IMG/VR virus record: IMGVR_UViG_3300023283_000077
Location: 1-35,678 of that record
Length of the DNA stretch: 35,678 bases
Direction: 5' to 3' (one strand)
DNA from: a virus
Taxonomy: Duplodnaviria; Caudoviricetes
Shown in pieces: positions 14,001 through 24,388 of this stretch; position 1 is the first letter of the stretch; each line of letters starts with the position of its first letter. A program made the position numbers and the translations under genes. The notes below the pieces were generated by a model. The model saw nothing but the letters and a program-made list of their open reading frames with translations, made no database searches and had not been told where the DNA came from.

Positions 14001-15887
14001 CTACTCGTGGTGCCGCTCGATCTTGACCGACTGGATGACCCGCCCGGTGCCGGGCTGGCTGACGGATATGCGGTTGCTGAGCGTGATGCCGCGCCAGCTC
14101 TGGCCGCCCTGGGTGTCCTGGTACTCGACGAGTTTGGCGACTTCGATCAGTCCGGGCGCGCCGGAGGTGGTCAGCGGTAGCTCCAGTGTGATGATCTCCT
14201 GGTTGCCGGATGCCCCCATGACGGACAGGCCCCTGTCGCGGCTTTGGAACTCGTCCAGGTTGAGATCGTCGAATTGATCCGGCGCCGGCTGGTCGCCGGC
14301 AGTGCCGAACCGCTCCACCGTGGTGGCCAGGCCCTGGGTTACGCCGCTGACCAACACGCTGTTGTAGTGAGGTTGGGGCTGCCACTGGCTGGCGTAGCTG
14401 ATGACCTGAGCGTCCGGGATGATGGTGTCCAGCTCATTGGTGGGCAGGTTAGGGTAGGTCCACGGCCCCTGCAGCGCGTAGCGGTGCCGGATCATGACGG
14501 TGTCCGTGTCTCGGGCCGGGAGTGCTACGGCGCCCAGGCTGTCGGCGAGGGCTGCAATCACCTCCATGGCGGTCTTGTCCTCCCACCCCCAGGCACCGGC
14601 GGGGATAGTGTAGTCCGTCAGGCCCTGCTGCCAGTCAATCGTAAAGCCGGTGAACTGGAGCTGGTCGGTCATGAGCTGCCGGACATTGATCTGACTATCC
14701 ACGCGACCGGTGCGGCTGGGGGCAAACGGCGCGGCCAGGAGCTGGGTGCGGCTGGTGCCCTGGATGCGCCAGCGCTGCTCGCTGAACCGCCGGTCCAGGC
14801 TGTAGCGCTCGATGATGCATACCCAGCTGCGGCCATTGACCGTTGCCCGTACCTGGGCCGGCCCGTCTACGGTAGGTTTGATCCGGTCGGCGCTGGCCTG
14901 GTTGAGCAGGGTCGCATCCAGGCGCCAGCTGATGCTGTCCATGTCGAGCTCAAGGCTCAGGTCGGCGAACTGGAGCGGGGTCTCGTCTGGGAGTGTGACC
15001 AGGCTGGAGGCATTCATAATGATGTACGCTCTGCGGATGTCTGCTGGGTCTGGGGGGTCGCCGGGCGGCAGGGGGGGCTCGCTGCGGATCGGGAAGCCCG
15101 CATCAGTGTCTTTGCGGGGCTGCGTGTCCCAAGGGCACCTCGTGCGGACATCATGAGGCGGGGCCATACCCCACCCCGCCATGGACCCTCCTGACACTGG
15201 GCGGGCCGGAAAAATCAGCCCGGTGCCCTGAACAGGCCCCAGCTCCAGCAATATCTCGTCCCCAGCAGGTATCCTGTAGGGCTTGGAAAAGATGTCCAGA
15301 GGGCCGGCAGGAACTGCCCCCACCGCCGTGCTGGGCTCGAAGAAGACTCGCGTTGTGTCGTGCGAATGGCGCAAAGGGATGTCCCGGTCTACCGGGTCCG
15401 GGTTGTAGCCGTGCGCGGAACCCGCCTCCTTCGGTACGGCTGATTCGCCCCACTGTTGCCTCTCCGGTTGCTGATCCTTAACGGAAACCTGATCCCAGGA
15501 TTGGGGCACTGGGATCAGCGTCATAGGCGCTGGAGTTCCCCACGTTAACAGACCCGGATCATCATTGTGCGGCCTGACCTGATTCCAGCCGGCCCCCATG
15601 GCCACAGCCCTAAGGTTTTGTAGCTGATCGGAAGAATGCAGCCGCACATCGACCAAGGACTCTGGCCTGGGGCTGGCATGCCCAACCTCGGACGCCGGCT
15701 CAGATGACGCTACGGCCGTGGCGTGCCCGACAGTTGACATGATGGCCAACGCCGGGGGTAACTGCGGCTCCGGAGGGCCCTGCACCAGCGGTGGGATATT
15801 CACCCTGATATCCAGGGCCAGGGGTATCTCATAGGCCGGTCCAGAGAGATCTTGGGAAACACCCAGGGGCCCCGGAATGGTGTACAT
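14001..15887 (-). CDS. Tail tip / hub-like protein
   Basis: 628 aa; C-terminal hub-like pattern; tail operon position. Confidence 0.65.
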   Translation of the reverse strand: MYTIPGPLGVSQDLSGPAYEIPLALDIRVNIPPLVQGPPEPQLPPALAIMSTVGHATAVASSEPASEVGHASPRPESLVDVRLHSSDQLQNLRAVAMGAGWNQVRPHNDDPGLLTWGTPAPMTLIPVPQSWDQVSVKDQQPERQQWGESAVPKEAGSAHGYNPDPVDRDIPLRHSHDTTRVFFEPSTAVGAVPAGPLDIFSKPYRIPAGDEILLELGPVQGTGLIFPARPVSGGSMAGWGMAPPHDVRTRCPWDTQPRKDTDAGFPIRSEPPLPPGDPPDPADIRRAYIIMNASSLVTLPDETPLQFADLSLELDMDSISWRLDATLLNQASADRIKPTVDGPAQVRATVNGRSWVCIIERYSLDRRFSEQRWRIQGTSRTQLLAAPFAPSRTGRVDSQINVRQLMTDQLQFTGFTIDWQQGLTDYTIPAGAWGWEDKTAMEVIAALADSLGAVALPARDTDTVMIRHRYALQGPWTYPNLPTNELDTIIPDAQVISYASQWQPQPHYNSVLVSGVTQGLATTVERFGTAGDQPAPDQFDDLNLDEFQSRDRGLSVMGASGNQEIITLELPLTTSGAPGLIEVAKLVEYQDTQGGQSWRGITLSNRISVSQPGTGRVIQSVKIERHHE

Positions 15888-15889
15888 GC

Positions 15890-17179
15890 TTACCCCGTGG
15901 ACAGGATCAGGTTAGCCGGTACCGTGGTTACGCCGGAGGGACCTGTGCCCCAAATCTGCAGGCTGCCGTCCGGGAATATGGCCCCGCCATACTCCTCTGC
16001 CAGACCGGCAGCAACCAGAACGGCCCCGGTGATTGGGGAGGGCGGCTGGGGTATGCTGGACGACCCGCTCCCCCAGACGACTACATCTCCCGACTCAAGG
16101 ACGGCCAGGCCTCCGCCGCCGTGCAGCTCTGCGTCAATGACAGGATCCGCGGGCAGGTTGGTGGTCGCCTCCGAGTCTATCCCCCAGGCGACCAACGTCC
16201 CATCGGATTTCTGCGCCATTGCGGAGTCGCTGGACACCCAGATGCGCTCGAAATCCGTGCCCGCAGGCGGGCTGTCAACGCCTCCCGGGCCGGCTCCAGG
16301 GCCCCAGACGACGATTTCGCCGTTGATTATGGCCCCGGCTACAGTGCCGTTCTCCGCTACATCTATGTCCGATGCCGGGCCCGAGGGCGGACTGCCTGTC
16401 TGGGTGTTGCCCCACCTGTGTATGACTCCATCATCAGTCAGTATCAGGCCGCCCTGCTCCTTGCCAGCCCTGACCCGCACAGCGTTACTGAGGTCGGGTA
16501 TATTGGTGATGACGCCACCCCAATCTGAGCCCCAACCTACTACAACACCGTCGTCCCTGACGGCAACGGCGTAGATCTCTGCGGACGAAACGTCAACATA
16601 AGTGCCCGCAGGCGGACTGCCACGACCGGAGCCGGTATCGCCCCAGGCTATTAGAGTCCCGTCGCTCTGGATGCCTGCAGCGAGCCCGCCGTGGAACGAT
16701 AGCGTCTGGGCGTGCCAGTCGATGATTTCCTTAGGCTTGATAGGCCCATCGACCACGGGCCGGAATAACTCCCGGGTTATCACCTCCGCTGTCCCGACGG
16801 GCGCTGTGGCATCGACGGCAGTAGGCCAGACTGGCTCAGTCGATGGCAGGGTGCCAGCCACGGTCACCTGATATACAAGACCATTAGGCTCCGTGGGCCT
16901 GATCCTGTCACCGATTTCGACCGCCAGATCGGGCTGGAACGGGACGCCGGAATTCGGTAGCGCTACCGCCATGACCTCGCCCTGGAATCCGCCGAGTAGG
17001 TCCACAGACCAGTCACCAGTAACAGGGTCACTCTGCGCATGACCCAGGGATCGGGCGAAGTCCAGGTTTTGCCCGTCAATGAGGTGCTCCTCTGCCCCCC
17101 ACGAGAATACCCTCACAGTGCGTTCAGCAGGTTCGCCCTCGACGGTCAGCGTGCCGCCGACGCGGGTAGGGTTACTCAT
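15890..17179 (-). CDS. Putative receptor-binding tail protein with RCC1-like beta-propeller
   Basis: About seven repeats of the type A-x-x-x-DG-x-V/L-x-x-WG; upstream NGLVYQVTVAGT-EPVWP module. Confidence 0.7.
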   Translation of the reverse strand: MSNPTRVGGTLTVEGEPAERTVRVFSWGAEEHLIDGQNLDFARSLGHAQSDPVTGDWSVDLLGGFQGEVMAVALPNSGVPFQPDLAVEIGDRIRPTEPNGLVYQVTVAGTLPSTEPVWPTAVDATAPVGTAEVITRELFRPVVDGPIKPKEIIDWHAQTLSFHGGLAAGIQSDGTLIAWGDTGSGRGSPPAGTYVDVSSAEIYAVAVRDDGVVVGWGSDWGGVITNIPDLSNAVRVRAGKEQGGLILTDDGVIHRWGNTQTGSPPSGPASDIDVAENGTVAGAIINGEIVVWGPGAGPGGVDSPPAGTDFERIWVSSDSAMAQKSDGTLVAWGIDSEATTNLPADPVIDAELHGGGGLAVLESGDVVVWGSGSSSIPQPPSPITGAVLVAAGLAEEYGGAIFPDGSLQIWGTGPSGVTTVPANLILSTG

Positions 17180-20100
17180 CAGTCAGCATCCCCCCTGTTC
17201 TGTGTGGCGAACTTGTCTTCCTCGACTTGGGCCGCCCCACTGGTGACAGTCCGCACGGCCCAAAATGGGGCCTGCGCCCCATCAGTGTTGAATCGCAGTG
17301 TGTTACCGGCCACCCATCCGGACCCCCAGCCCGCAGCCCTCATGACGAAATACGGGGCGTTGGTCGCTGGGTTTAGCGGCGCGGCGTCGGTCGAGATGTT
17401 GCCTACATCTACCACGCCAAAAGTCTCTCCGATAACCTGGAATGAGGTGGACCCGGTGAAAAAGATCGCCCAGCGCTCCTTGGCGCTGCCCTGGTTGCTG
17501 ATTTCGATGGGATTATTAATGAGGTCGTACTTTGCTACTGTGTCATCGCCCACGCGCTCATCGAGCCAAGTGGTGCCGTCCCAGGACTTTTGGTGGAACT
17601 CGTTGAAAACCCGGGCACGCAGGTCGCCGTACGGAACTGCGCTGCTGACGATGGTGTCGGTGGTGTCGTAGTCGTGGGTGAGGTCGCTGTTGATCGCGAT
17701 GCGGCCCGATATCTGCACGTCCGTCGCCAGGGTCATGTCCTCCACCCGGTCAAATACCGTGAGCGGCTCGGTCACCGGGTCACCGGCCTCGGTCTGTAGG
17801 GTCAGTGGGTCGGCCCAGGTGAGGGTGCCGGCCTGCCGGTCAGCGGTGAACTGGGCCGGGTCCAGGCGGCCGCCGCTGGCGCCCTCCACCCAGATTTCGG
17901 CCTGGCCTGCCCGGGCGAGAGTTTCTGTGGCCCCTGCGGTGGCGGTAGCAATCTCGGTCTGTTTGGTGTTGCTGACGACCAGCACGTCCGCCGGATCGAA
18001 TACGGGTACACGGCCATCACTGGGCAGCCGGGTGGGGTCGAGGCCCAGCAGGTCCGGATCCAGCGGCAGGCTGGTGAATGCTACGGCGCTGTAGGTCATC
18101 CCCGCGAATACCGGCTGGGCGAAGGAGAGCGTTACGAGCCCCAGGTCTGTTTGTACGTCGCCTGTAAATGCGGGGGAGCCCCCGGAATCAGGCCCGGTAA
18201 TTACGCCGCTGGTGTCTGCTGTAGCGCTGAAACCCATGCCGTCGGCCAGGGTGCCGCTGAGGATCAGCGAGCCGTCCCGCAGCGGGGCGCCTGCTGTGCG
18301 AAAAATCACATCGACGGTTGGGGCCTGGCCGTTACTCGTGGCCATGGCCCGGAATGATCCGGGTTGTGAGAAATCCGCGCCCTCGTCCCAGGTGCTGAGC
18401 GTCGCTATGCCGGTGTCGTAGTCCACGCTGCCCACCGTGACGCCCGCGTCTGTCTCGTGGTCGTAGTCCGTGATCAGTGCGCCGGATACGTCGCGGTAGG
18501 TCTTGCCGGCCACGTCGAGCAAGATGCTGGACGGGCTGACTGGCGTCTCCCGGGTCGTCAGGCTCAACTTGGCGTCCGGCGCAGGGATCGTCTCAGTCCG
18601 AGTAGCCCCCTGACTGCCTGCTCGGATGTACGTAAGTTCCAGGGGCTCGCCGGTAAAGTTGAACACCTCAGCCGTGTCAGTGATCTCCTGCGGCTCGAAA
18701 AATGTCTTTTCACCCCCGTTTATCAGGGTCTCCACGCGCTCAGCGTACTCGATCCGCGTGTACTCGAGGTCCGGAGTTGCATCCACTGCTCCAGTAGTGT
18801 AGTTGATGGTCCCGACCACCTGTGAGCCCTGCACAAGGTTGCCAGCTCCATCATCGGTTAGGGTGATCATTTCATTAACGGTCTCCCCCACCGTGGTCAG
18901 GGTCGGAAATGGCTTCTGCTTGCGGATCGGAACCGGCATCCGGAAAGTATTGGGCTCGACGGCCTCGGAGGTGACCAGGCTCATGGTGGCTGCAGCGGTG
19001 AAAGCATCGCTGACTTTATCCGCGTCGTTCTTTTGCTGCATCGAGATCTCGATATCCGCGCCCGGGGCTGGCGCTGGGTTAGGCTGCACCTGGATAGCCG
19101 CGGTCTGGCCAATGGTCAGCACGCGCCGCTGCCCAGAGCTGTCCCTGCTCGTGCTCCCGACTGGGGTGTAGAAAACCCGGCCGATGCCGTCCCCAGTCAG
19201 GGCCCCGGTGCCGTCGTCCGTGAGCGTGCGAGTGACACCTCCGGATTGCCAGGACACTGAGAGGGAGTTGGGCTCCATTTCGGCAAACGGTTGCGTCGGC
19301 GCCATTTGAGCGGTGATCTCGAGTGTTGGCTGTGCGTCATCTGCCGCCGTGGTGGCCACCGAGACACCCTGATCAGCGCCCCAGGAAAATATGATCCGCG
19401 TATCCACATCCGGCAGGGCCGCCAGCGTCACAGAGATGGTGCCGGTGGTGTAGTCGATAGTACCTGTACCAGCTCCGACCAGCCCTCCATTACCGTTGTC
19501 CGTGAGCGTCTCCCACCGCCCGAGTGCTCGGTACTCCACCACCAGCTGCCCACGGGCCAGCAACGGCCGGGCCTGGAACACCCAGCTCAGGCTGCGGGTC
19601 TGGAGCGTTACCTCGAGGCTGTCCGAGTAGCTGGCCTGTGTCTGCGGAGCCCCGGGCGTGAAGGTGGCCGACCAGGGGTCGAACTCGTTGGTGCTGCCGC
19701 TCCAGCGCACGTCCAGCTTGCCGTTGCCGTAGTCGATCCGGCTTGACTCCAGATTGTTGGTACCTGACTGGTGTGCAAGCTGCCCCCCGGCGTCGGCATA
19801 CACGCCCCCATCGACATTCAGGGTCAGCGACCCCGGCACTATCGCCCGGCCCATGAAATACACGGTATCAGGGCCATTAGCCACTGCGCGGCTGTGGGAT
19901 GCGGTGATCGTGCCGCTGGCGGCGGGCAGGACGGGCACCACCTGGGGGCCGGCCTTGCGGTCCGTAAGCGGCGTCTCCGATTGCGCCGAAGGTACGAGTG
20001 GGCTGAACACCGTGTCCAACTTGATGGTGCGATCCCCCACGGAGGCCGGCTCAGCCAGTGGGCGGGCGCCGAAATATTTGGCTGCGTCGGCTACCTGCGT

Positions 20101-20766
20101 GCGAAAGACCCGGGCAGCCGAACCCTGCCTGCCCGTAGGCCTGGGCTCACTGCCAGGGAAATCCTGAGACAGGGTGTTATTCGTTTCGATTTGCAGTGTG
20201 AGCAGCTCGAAATCAAAGAAGCCAGAGCCCTGCTCAATCGTGAATGTCTGCTCCTGGATCGTGACATTGGTCACCCGGATAAACTGCTCGGCCCCAGTAA
20301 TCTCATCCACCAAAGTGAAAATCTGGCCGGGCTCAGGTAGGCCGGTGGCGTCCAGGCGGGCAAGCGCCGCTATGGAACGCTGACCCTCGAGTTGCGTGCC
20401 CCAGAGCCAGAACTGGGCCTCGGTGGACTTGACCACAAATGACTCGAGACGGTCCTGTGCGTCGATCCTCCTGTCAGTGTGGCTGCCAGTCTGGAAAAGC
20501 AGAACGTGTACGTTTGGGTCCAGAGGTCGCCTGCTGAGGATAGTGTGGGCACCCAGCAGGGTATCCTGGTTGGCGGAGAGCACCGCCAGGAACAGCTTGC
20601 GCAGCTGTGTGCGGCCCATCACGCGGTCGAACCGGGAGATATCAGGGAAGGTGTTGTTGACCTGGTTATCCTGGATGATGACGCCGGACATGCGGCCGCC
20701 GCCGTCATCGGTGTCGGCCATGACCTGGGACTCGCTCAGGACGATATCGGCGTTAGTAATGGTCAC
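17179..20766 (-). CDS. Large tail protein (1195 aa)
   Basis: DTDDGGGRMSG N-terminus, repeated G-IDY-TG motifs; follows Dit-like gene. Confidence 0.75.
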   Translation of the reverse strand: MTITNADIVLSESQVMADTDDGGGRMSGVIIQDNQVNNTFPDISRFDRVMGRTQLRKLFLAVLSANQDTLLGAHTILSRRPLDPNVHVLLFQTGSHTDRRIDAQDRLESFVVKSTEAQFWLWGTQLEGQRSIAALARLDATGLPEPGQIFTLVDEITGAEQFIRVTNVTIQEQTFTIEQGSGFFDFELLTLQIETNNTLSQDFPGSEPRPTGRQGSAARVFRTQVADAAKYFGARPLAEPASVGDRTIKLDTVFSPLVPSAQSETPLTDRKAGPQVVPVLPAASGTITASHSRAVANGPDTVYFMGRAIVPGSLTLNVDGGVYADAGGQLAHQSGTNNLESSRIDYGNGKLDVRWSGSTNEFDPWSATFTPGAPQTQASYSDSLEVTLQTRSLSWVFQARPLLARGQLVVEYRALGRWETLTDNGNGGLVGAGTGTIDYTTGTISVTLAALPDVDTRIIFSWGADQGVSVATTAADDAQPTLEITAQMAPTQPFAEMEPNSLSVSWQSGGVTRTLTDDGTGALTGDGIGRVFYTPVGSTSRDSSGQRRVLTIGQTAAIQVQPNPAPAPGADIEISMQQKNDADKVSDAFTAAATMSLVTSEAVEPNTFRMPVPIRKQKPFPTLTTVGETVNEMITLTDDGAGNLVQGSQVVGTINYTTGAVDATPDLEYTRIEYAERVETLINGGEKTFFEPQEITDTAEVFNFTGEPLELTYIRAGSQGATRTETIPAPDAKLSLTTRETPVSPSSILLDVAGKTYRDVSGALITDYDHETDAGVTVGSVDYDTGIATLSTWDEGADFSQPGSFRAMATSNGQAPTVDVIFRTAGAPLRDGSLILSGTLADGMGFSATADTSGVITGPDSGGSPAFTGDVQTDLGLVTLSFAQPVFAGMTYSAVAFTSLPLDPDLLGLDPTRLPSDGRVPVFDPADVLVVSNTKQTEIATATAGATETLARAGQAEIWVEGASGGRLDPAQFTADRQAGTLTWADPLTLQTEAGDPVTEPLTVFDRVEDMTLATDVQISGRIAINSDLTHDYDTTDTIVSSAVPYGDLRARVFNEFHQKSWDGTTWLDERVGDDTVAKYDLINNPIEISNQGSAKERWAIFFTGSTSFQVIGETFGVVDVGNISTDAAPLNPATNAPYFVMRAAGWGSGWVAGNTLRFNTDGAQAPFWAVRTVTSGAAQVEEDKFATQNRGDAD

Positions 20767-21155
20767 GGGTTGATCTCCAGCAGGTTGATCGTGATGGCGT
20801 ACCAGTGGTCAGGCCCGGGGTCGGCCTGACGGATAATTTCACGGGCCTCGATTGCCGGGCGGCGGAACATGACGGAGAACTGGCGTCCCCAGAGATCCAG
20901 GGTCATGAGCTGATCCGGCTCGCTGGCCATGGCGTGCAGAGCCTCCACCAGGCTGCGCTTGGCCCAGGAGCCCTCCTGTCCTCCCACCAGGGTGATGGGG
21001 CGGCCATCCTGGCGCGTGCCCTCCTGGACCACCAGCGAGCCGGACAGGCTGAAATCGGTGCTGTGCTCCACCGGGGTCCAGCCGAATTCGTCGGACCATT
21101 GCAGGTCTTCCGGCAGTTCCAGGGTTGTGGTGCCATCGGATAGCGTGATGGGCAT
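20763..21155 (-). CDS. Distal tail (Dit-like) protein
   Basis: LPEDLQWSDEF-W, GRPITL; directly after tape measure. Confidence 0.7.
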   Translation of the reverse strand: MPITLSDGTTTLELPEDLQWSDEFGWTPVEHSTDFSLSGSLVVQEGTRQDGRPITLVGGQEGSWAKRSLVEALHAMASEPDQLMTLDLWGRQFSVMFRRPAIEAREIIRQADPGPDHWYAITINLLEINP

Positions 21156-24100
21156 CTATACGCTCCTGAGTCCGGCCTGTTCCAGGGCGGCCAGCAGGCC
21201 GTCCGGGTCAGTGGTCGTTACCTCCACGTCCTGGCCGCTGGGCGCCTGCAGGACGATGCGCTGGCCCGCCGGCGGGGCCACGGTCTGTTGCCGGTTGGTG
21301 GTGGTCGCCTGCTGGCGCTGGGCGCGGCGGGCTTGTTCTTCCTCCTCCCGCCTGGCTTCGGCCTCGCGCCGGCGTTCAGCCTCCGCCTCTTCGCGGCGTT
21401 GGCGCTCAATGTCCTGGATGCGCTCGAGCTGCTGGATGGATTCCTGCAGATTCCTGGCTGCCTCGCGGGCGCCCGCATCCTGGGCTTCCTCGAGCTGCTG
21501 CTGCAGCCGCTCGCGCTCCGCCTGGAATTCGATTTCCTGGGCGCGTGCTGTGTCGCCGCGTAGCTCGGCCAGGCGCTTTTGGAGATTACGGAGGGTATCC
21601 TCGGAGCTCTCATTGAGGCCCTCGAGCTGCTGCTGCGCGGCGGCGATCTCGCTGCGGAGCTGATCGAGACTCTGCTGATCCAGCAGGTCAAAGTTACGGT
21701 CAAGCCGGCTCGCCTCCTGATTGAGCTTCTGGAGGCTGATGCTCCCCGAGTCGATCTCCTCCCTGAGCTCGAGGGCCGCGAGCTTTTGCTCCGCGAACGT
21801 CTTACGGATCACCGCCGCCGCGGTGTCCATTTCGACGATGAACTCGCCAATGCCGGTGAAACTGAAGTTCAGCGGGGACCTGGCGAGGTCGGATATCTCC
21901 TGGGCGGCGCCGGATATCTCGTTGCGCAGCCGGGTGGCCTCATCGGCTGGCCGGTCGAGGCCAAGCGCACGGTCCTTGAACAGTATGAGAGCCGCCTGCG
22001 AGAGCTCAGCCATGGCGGCCTTGGCGTTGTCCACCATCTGGGACAGCGCCTTACCGGCTGACACGGCCTTCCGGAATCCTCCCTCTGCTGTGTCGCCAGT
22101 GTTCCTGGTCTCCGAATTGAGCTCGCGAGTCTTGGCAGTCGCCTCCTCGACAGAGGCGGAGAATTGGTCAACGGAGTCGCTCATCCGCTGCTCGTTGACC
22201 TCCTGCTGGCGCTCTCGGATGAGGCCGAGTGCCTGAGCCGCCTGGGCAGGATCAATCAGATCCTGGTCACGGAGCTCAGCGATCTGCTGCCGGATCGCCT
22301 TGAACTCCTCCGCTGTGCTGATTTCCTGCAGGGCGCTGCGCATGCCCTGCTCAAATGCCCGGGCCGCTCCCTCGGACTCGGTACCTATTTGCTGGATATC
22401 GGTAGCGATCTGCTCGAGACCATCAATCGCCTCCCGGGCGCCATCGCCGATGCCGTCGAAAGCGAGGCCCGCATCGACCCCCATCTCAACCAGGCGTTCC
22501 CGTGCGGCACGGGCGGCGTCCGCAGATCTGCCGGATTCATCCGCGACCTCGCCAATCTGATCAGCGAGGTCTGCGCCGCTCCTAAGTAGCTCATCGGCCA
22601 GGCGCTCGCGCTCTCTCAGCGCCTCGGCCTCTCTTTGCGCGGCTGTCCTCGAGTTGTCGAATGCCGCAGCCGCGTCCCTTCCAGCTTGGACAGCCTTGGC
22701 TCCGAAATCCGCCGTCTGCTTGGCCAGCGATACGGTGGTATCCCGTGCAGCCTCGGCGCTCGCGCTGAGCCGGCGGAACGCGCTGTCACTTACGATGCCG
22801 AGCTGGTTGAGGCCGAACGTGATGGCCTGGATCTGGGTCAGGAATGCAGAGAGCACGCCCGCCACTACGGTGACAGCGCCGGACACGGCGGTCTGCAGAC
22901 CTCGAAAAACCGAGATGAATCCGTTGCCGAGGAACTGGGCGGTGTCGATGATCCCCTGGAGGCTCTGCTGCACCGTCCCTGCATCGCCGGATAGACGACG
23001 CGTGAAGTCCCGGAAGTTCTCCGCCATCCGGCGGAATGTGTCGGCGAGAGTCTGGCCGCCTTCGCCGGCCTGGAACAACTTGACCAGATTCTCGGTCGCC
23101 TGGCCCAGAGCAGGAGCTACAGCGGCGGTGATGGTGTTGCCGACGCCCTTGAGTCGCCGCTCCACGCGCTCAAAAATCTCATTGGCGCGCTGGAGTTGCA
23201 CCAACTGCTCGGGGCTGATAAACGCGCCCTGCGCCTCTGCCTCTGCCGCTACCCGTCGCAGCGCCGCCGCGTTGTTCTCCAACAGCGGCTGGAGGAGGCT
23301 GGCGTCATCGGCGATGGATTCGAGGAAGAATATCTGTTCGGACTTGCTGTTGACCTCGCTGATAGCGCTGGCCAGCTTGATAAGCTGCTGGTCTGCCGCC
23401 AGGCCGCTGAAGTCCTCGATGCTGAGGTTGAGCCGCTCGAATACGTCTGCTGCCTCGCCGCCACCTGTCGCGGCAAAGTCGCCTATCTTGTCGGCCATGT
23501 CCTTGATGACATCGGTGGCCTTGTCCGCAGACAAGCCGAGCCCCTGCGCTGCCAGGCGCCAGACCTGCACCGTGCGCGCGCTGACGCCCAGGGCTTGGGC
23601 GGTGTTGGCGATTTCCTTGGCCGCCCGGCCCTGGCGGCGGCTGAATGCCGTGAGAGTGCCTATTGATGCAGCGATGGCCGCCGTATAGCCGACCAGGGCG
23701 CGGCCCGCGGCGTTGATGCCGGTGCGGATCTGCGAGATGGACGGCGTGACCCGGCGCAGAGCCTGCCCGAGGCGTCCGAAGCGGCCCGCAGCCTGGCCAG
23801 CGGCACCGCCGGCCTGCTCGGTGCCCCTGGCGGCGCCCTCTGCTGATCGACCCTGCTTCTCCAGCTGGGCATCCACCTGGCGGAGCTCGGCGGTGAGCTC
23901 CTCGCTGCGGCGGGTGAGTGCCTGCTGTTCGTTCTCCAGGTCGTCCGTGTCGACGCCAGCCGCGCGTAAGGACTGGCCCAGCCGGTCCAGCTCCTCGCGA
24001 TTCTGCAGAAACGCGGCTTTGGCCCCCTGCGCGTTTTTCTGGGCCTTCTCGAATTGGCGCTCAAGGCGCCGCGTGGGTCCTGTGGTCTGCTCGATCTGCT

Positions 24101-24347
24101 GCGAGAGCTCGCGCAGCTCCCGCTGAGCCCGTGCCCAGGCTTTGCGCGTGTCGTCAGTGCGCTCCTGGAGCTTGCGGAAATCCGCTGCCTGACTCTGGGT
24201 GTCCGACACCCGGCGCAGGGCGCCGCGCAGCCCCTCGCTGCTCTGCTGCAGCTCGTCCAGGCCTTTGCTGGCCGACTTTGCCGCCGGCGTGAGCAGATCT
24301 CGCCCGCGCAGGATCAGGTTGACGACGGATTCGCGGATTCCCGCCAT
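21156..24347 (-). CDS. Tape measure protein
   Basis: 1063 aa, Ala/Gln/Arg-rich helical with hydrophobic central segments; after tail tube. Confidence 0.9.
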   Translation of the reverse strand: MAGIRESVVNLILRGRDLLTPAAKSASKGLDELQQSSEGLRGALRRVSDTQSQAADFRKLQERTDDTRKAWARAQRELRELSQQIEQTTGPTRRLERQFEKAQKNAQGAKAAFLQNREELDRLGQSLRAAGVDTDDLENEQQALTRRSEELTAELRQVDAQLEKQGRSAEGAARGTEQAGGAAGQAAGRFGRLGQALRRVTPSISQIRTGINAAGRALVGYTAAIAASIGTLTAFSRRQGRAAKEIANTAQALGVSARTVQVWRLAAQGLGLSADKATDVIKDMADKIGDFAATGGGEAADVFERLNLSIEDFSGLAADQQLIKLASAISEVNSKSEQIFFLESIADDASLLQPLLENNAAALRRVAAEAEAQGAFISPEQLVQLQRANEIFERVERRLKGVGNTITAAVAPALGQATENLVKLFQAGEGGQTLADTFRRMAENFRDFTRRLSGDAGTVQQSLQGIIDTAQFLGNGFISVFRGLQTAVSGAVTVVAGVLSAFLTQIQAITFGLNQLGIVSDSAFRRLSASAEAARDTTVSLAKQTADFGAKAVQAGRDAAAAFDNSRTAAQREAEALRERERLADELLRSGADLADQIGEVADESGRSADAARAARERLVEMGVDAGLAFDGIGDGAREAIDGLEQIATDIQQIGTESEGAARAFEQGMRSALQEISTAEEFKAIRQQIAELRDQDLIDPAQAAQALGLIRERQQEVNEQRMSDSVDQFSASVEEATAKTRELNSETRNTGDTAEGGFRKAVSAGKALSQMVDNAKAAMAELSQAALILFKDRALGLDRPADEATRLRNEISGAAQEISDLARSPLNFSFTGIGEFIVEMDTAAAVIRKTFAEQKLAALELREEIDSGSISLQKLNQEASRLDRNFDLLDQQSLDQLRSEIAAAQQQLEGLNESSEDTLRNLQKRLAELRGDTARAQEIEFQAERERLQQQLEEAQDAGAREAARNLQESIQQLERIQDIERQRREEAEAERRREAEARREEEEQARRAQRQQATTTNRQQTVAPPAGQRIVLQAPSGQDVEVTTTDPDGLLAALEQAGLRSV

Positions 24348-24388
24348 GGGTTACTCCGGTTCAGCCCCGCCGGGGCGGGGCGCCACTA

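Noticed and set aside
14001-20766. Diversity-generating retroelement or invertible tail cassette
   Set aside because: No reverse transcriptase or invertase, and I saw no template/variable repeat pair or flanking inverted sites
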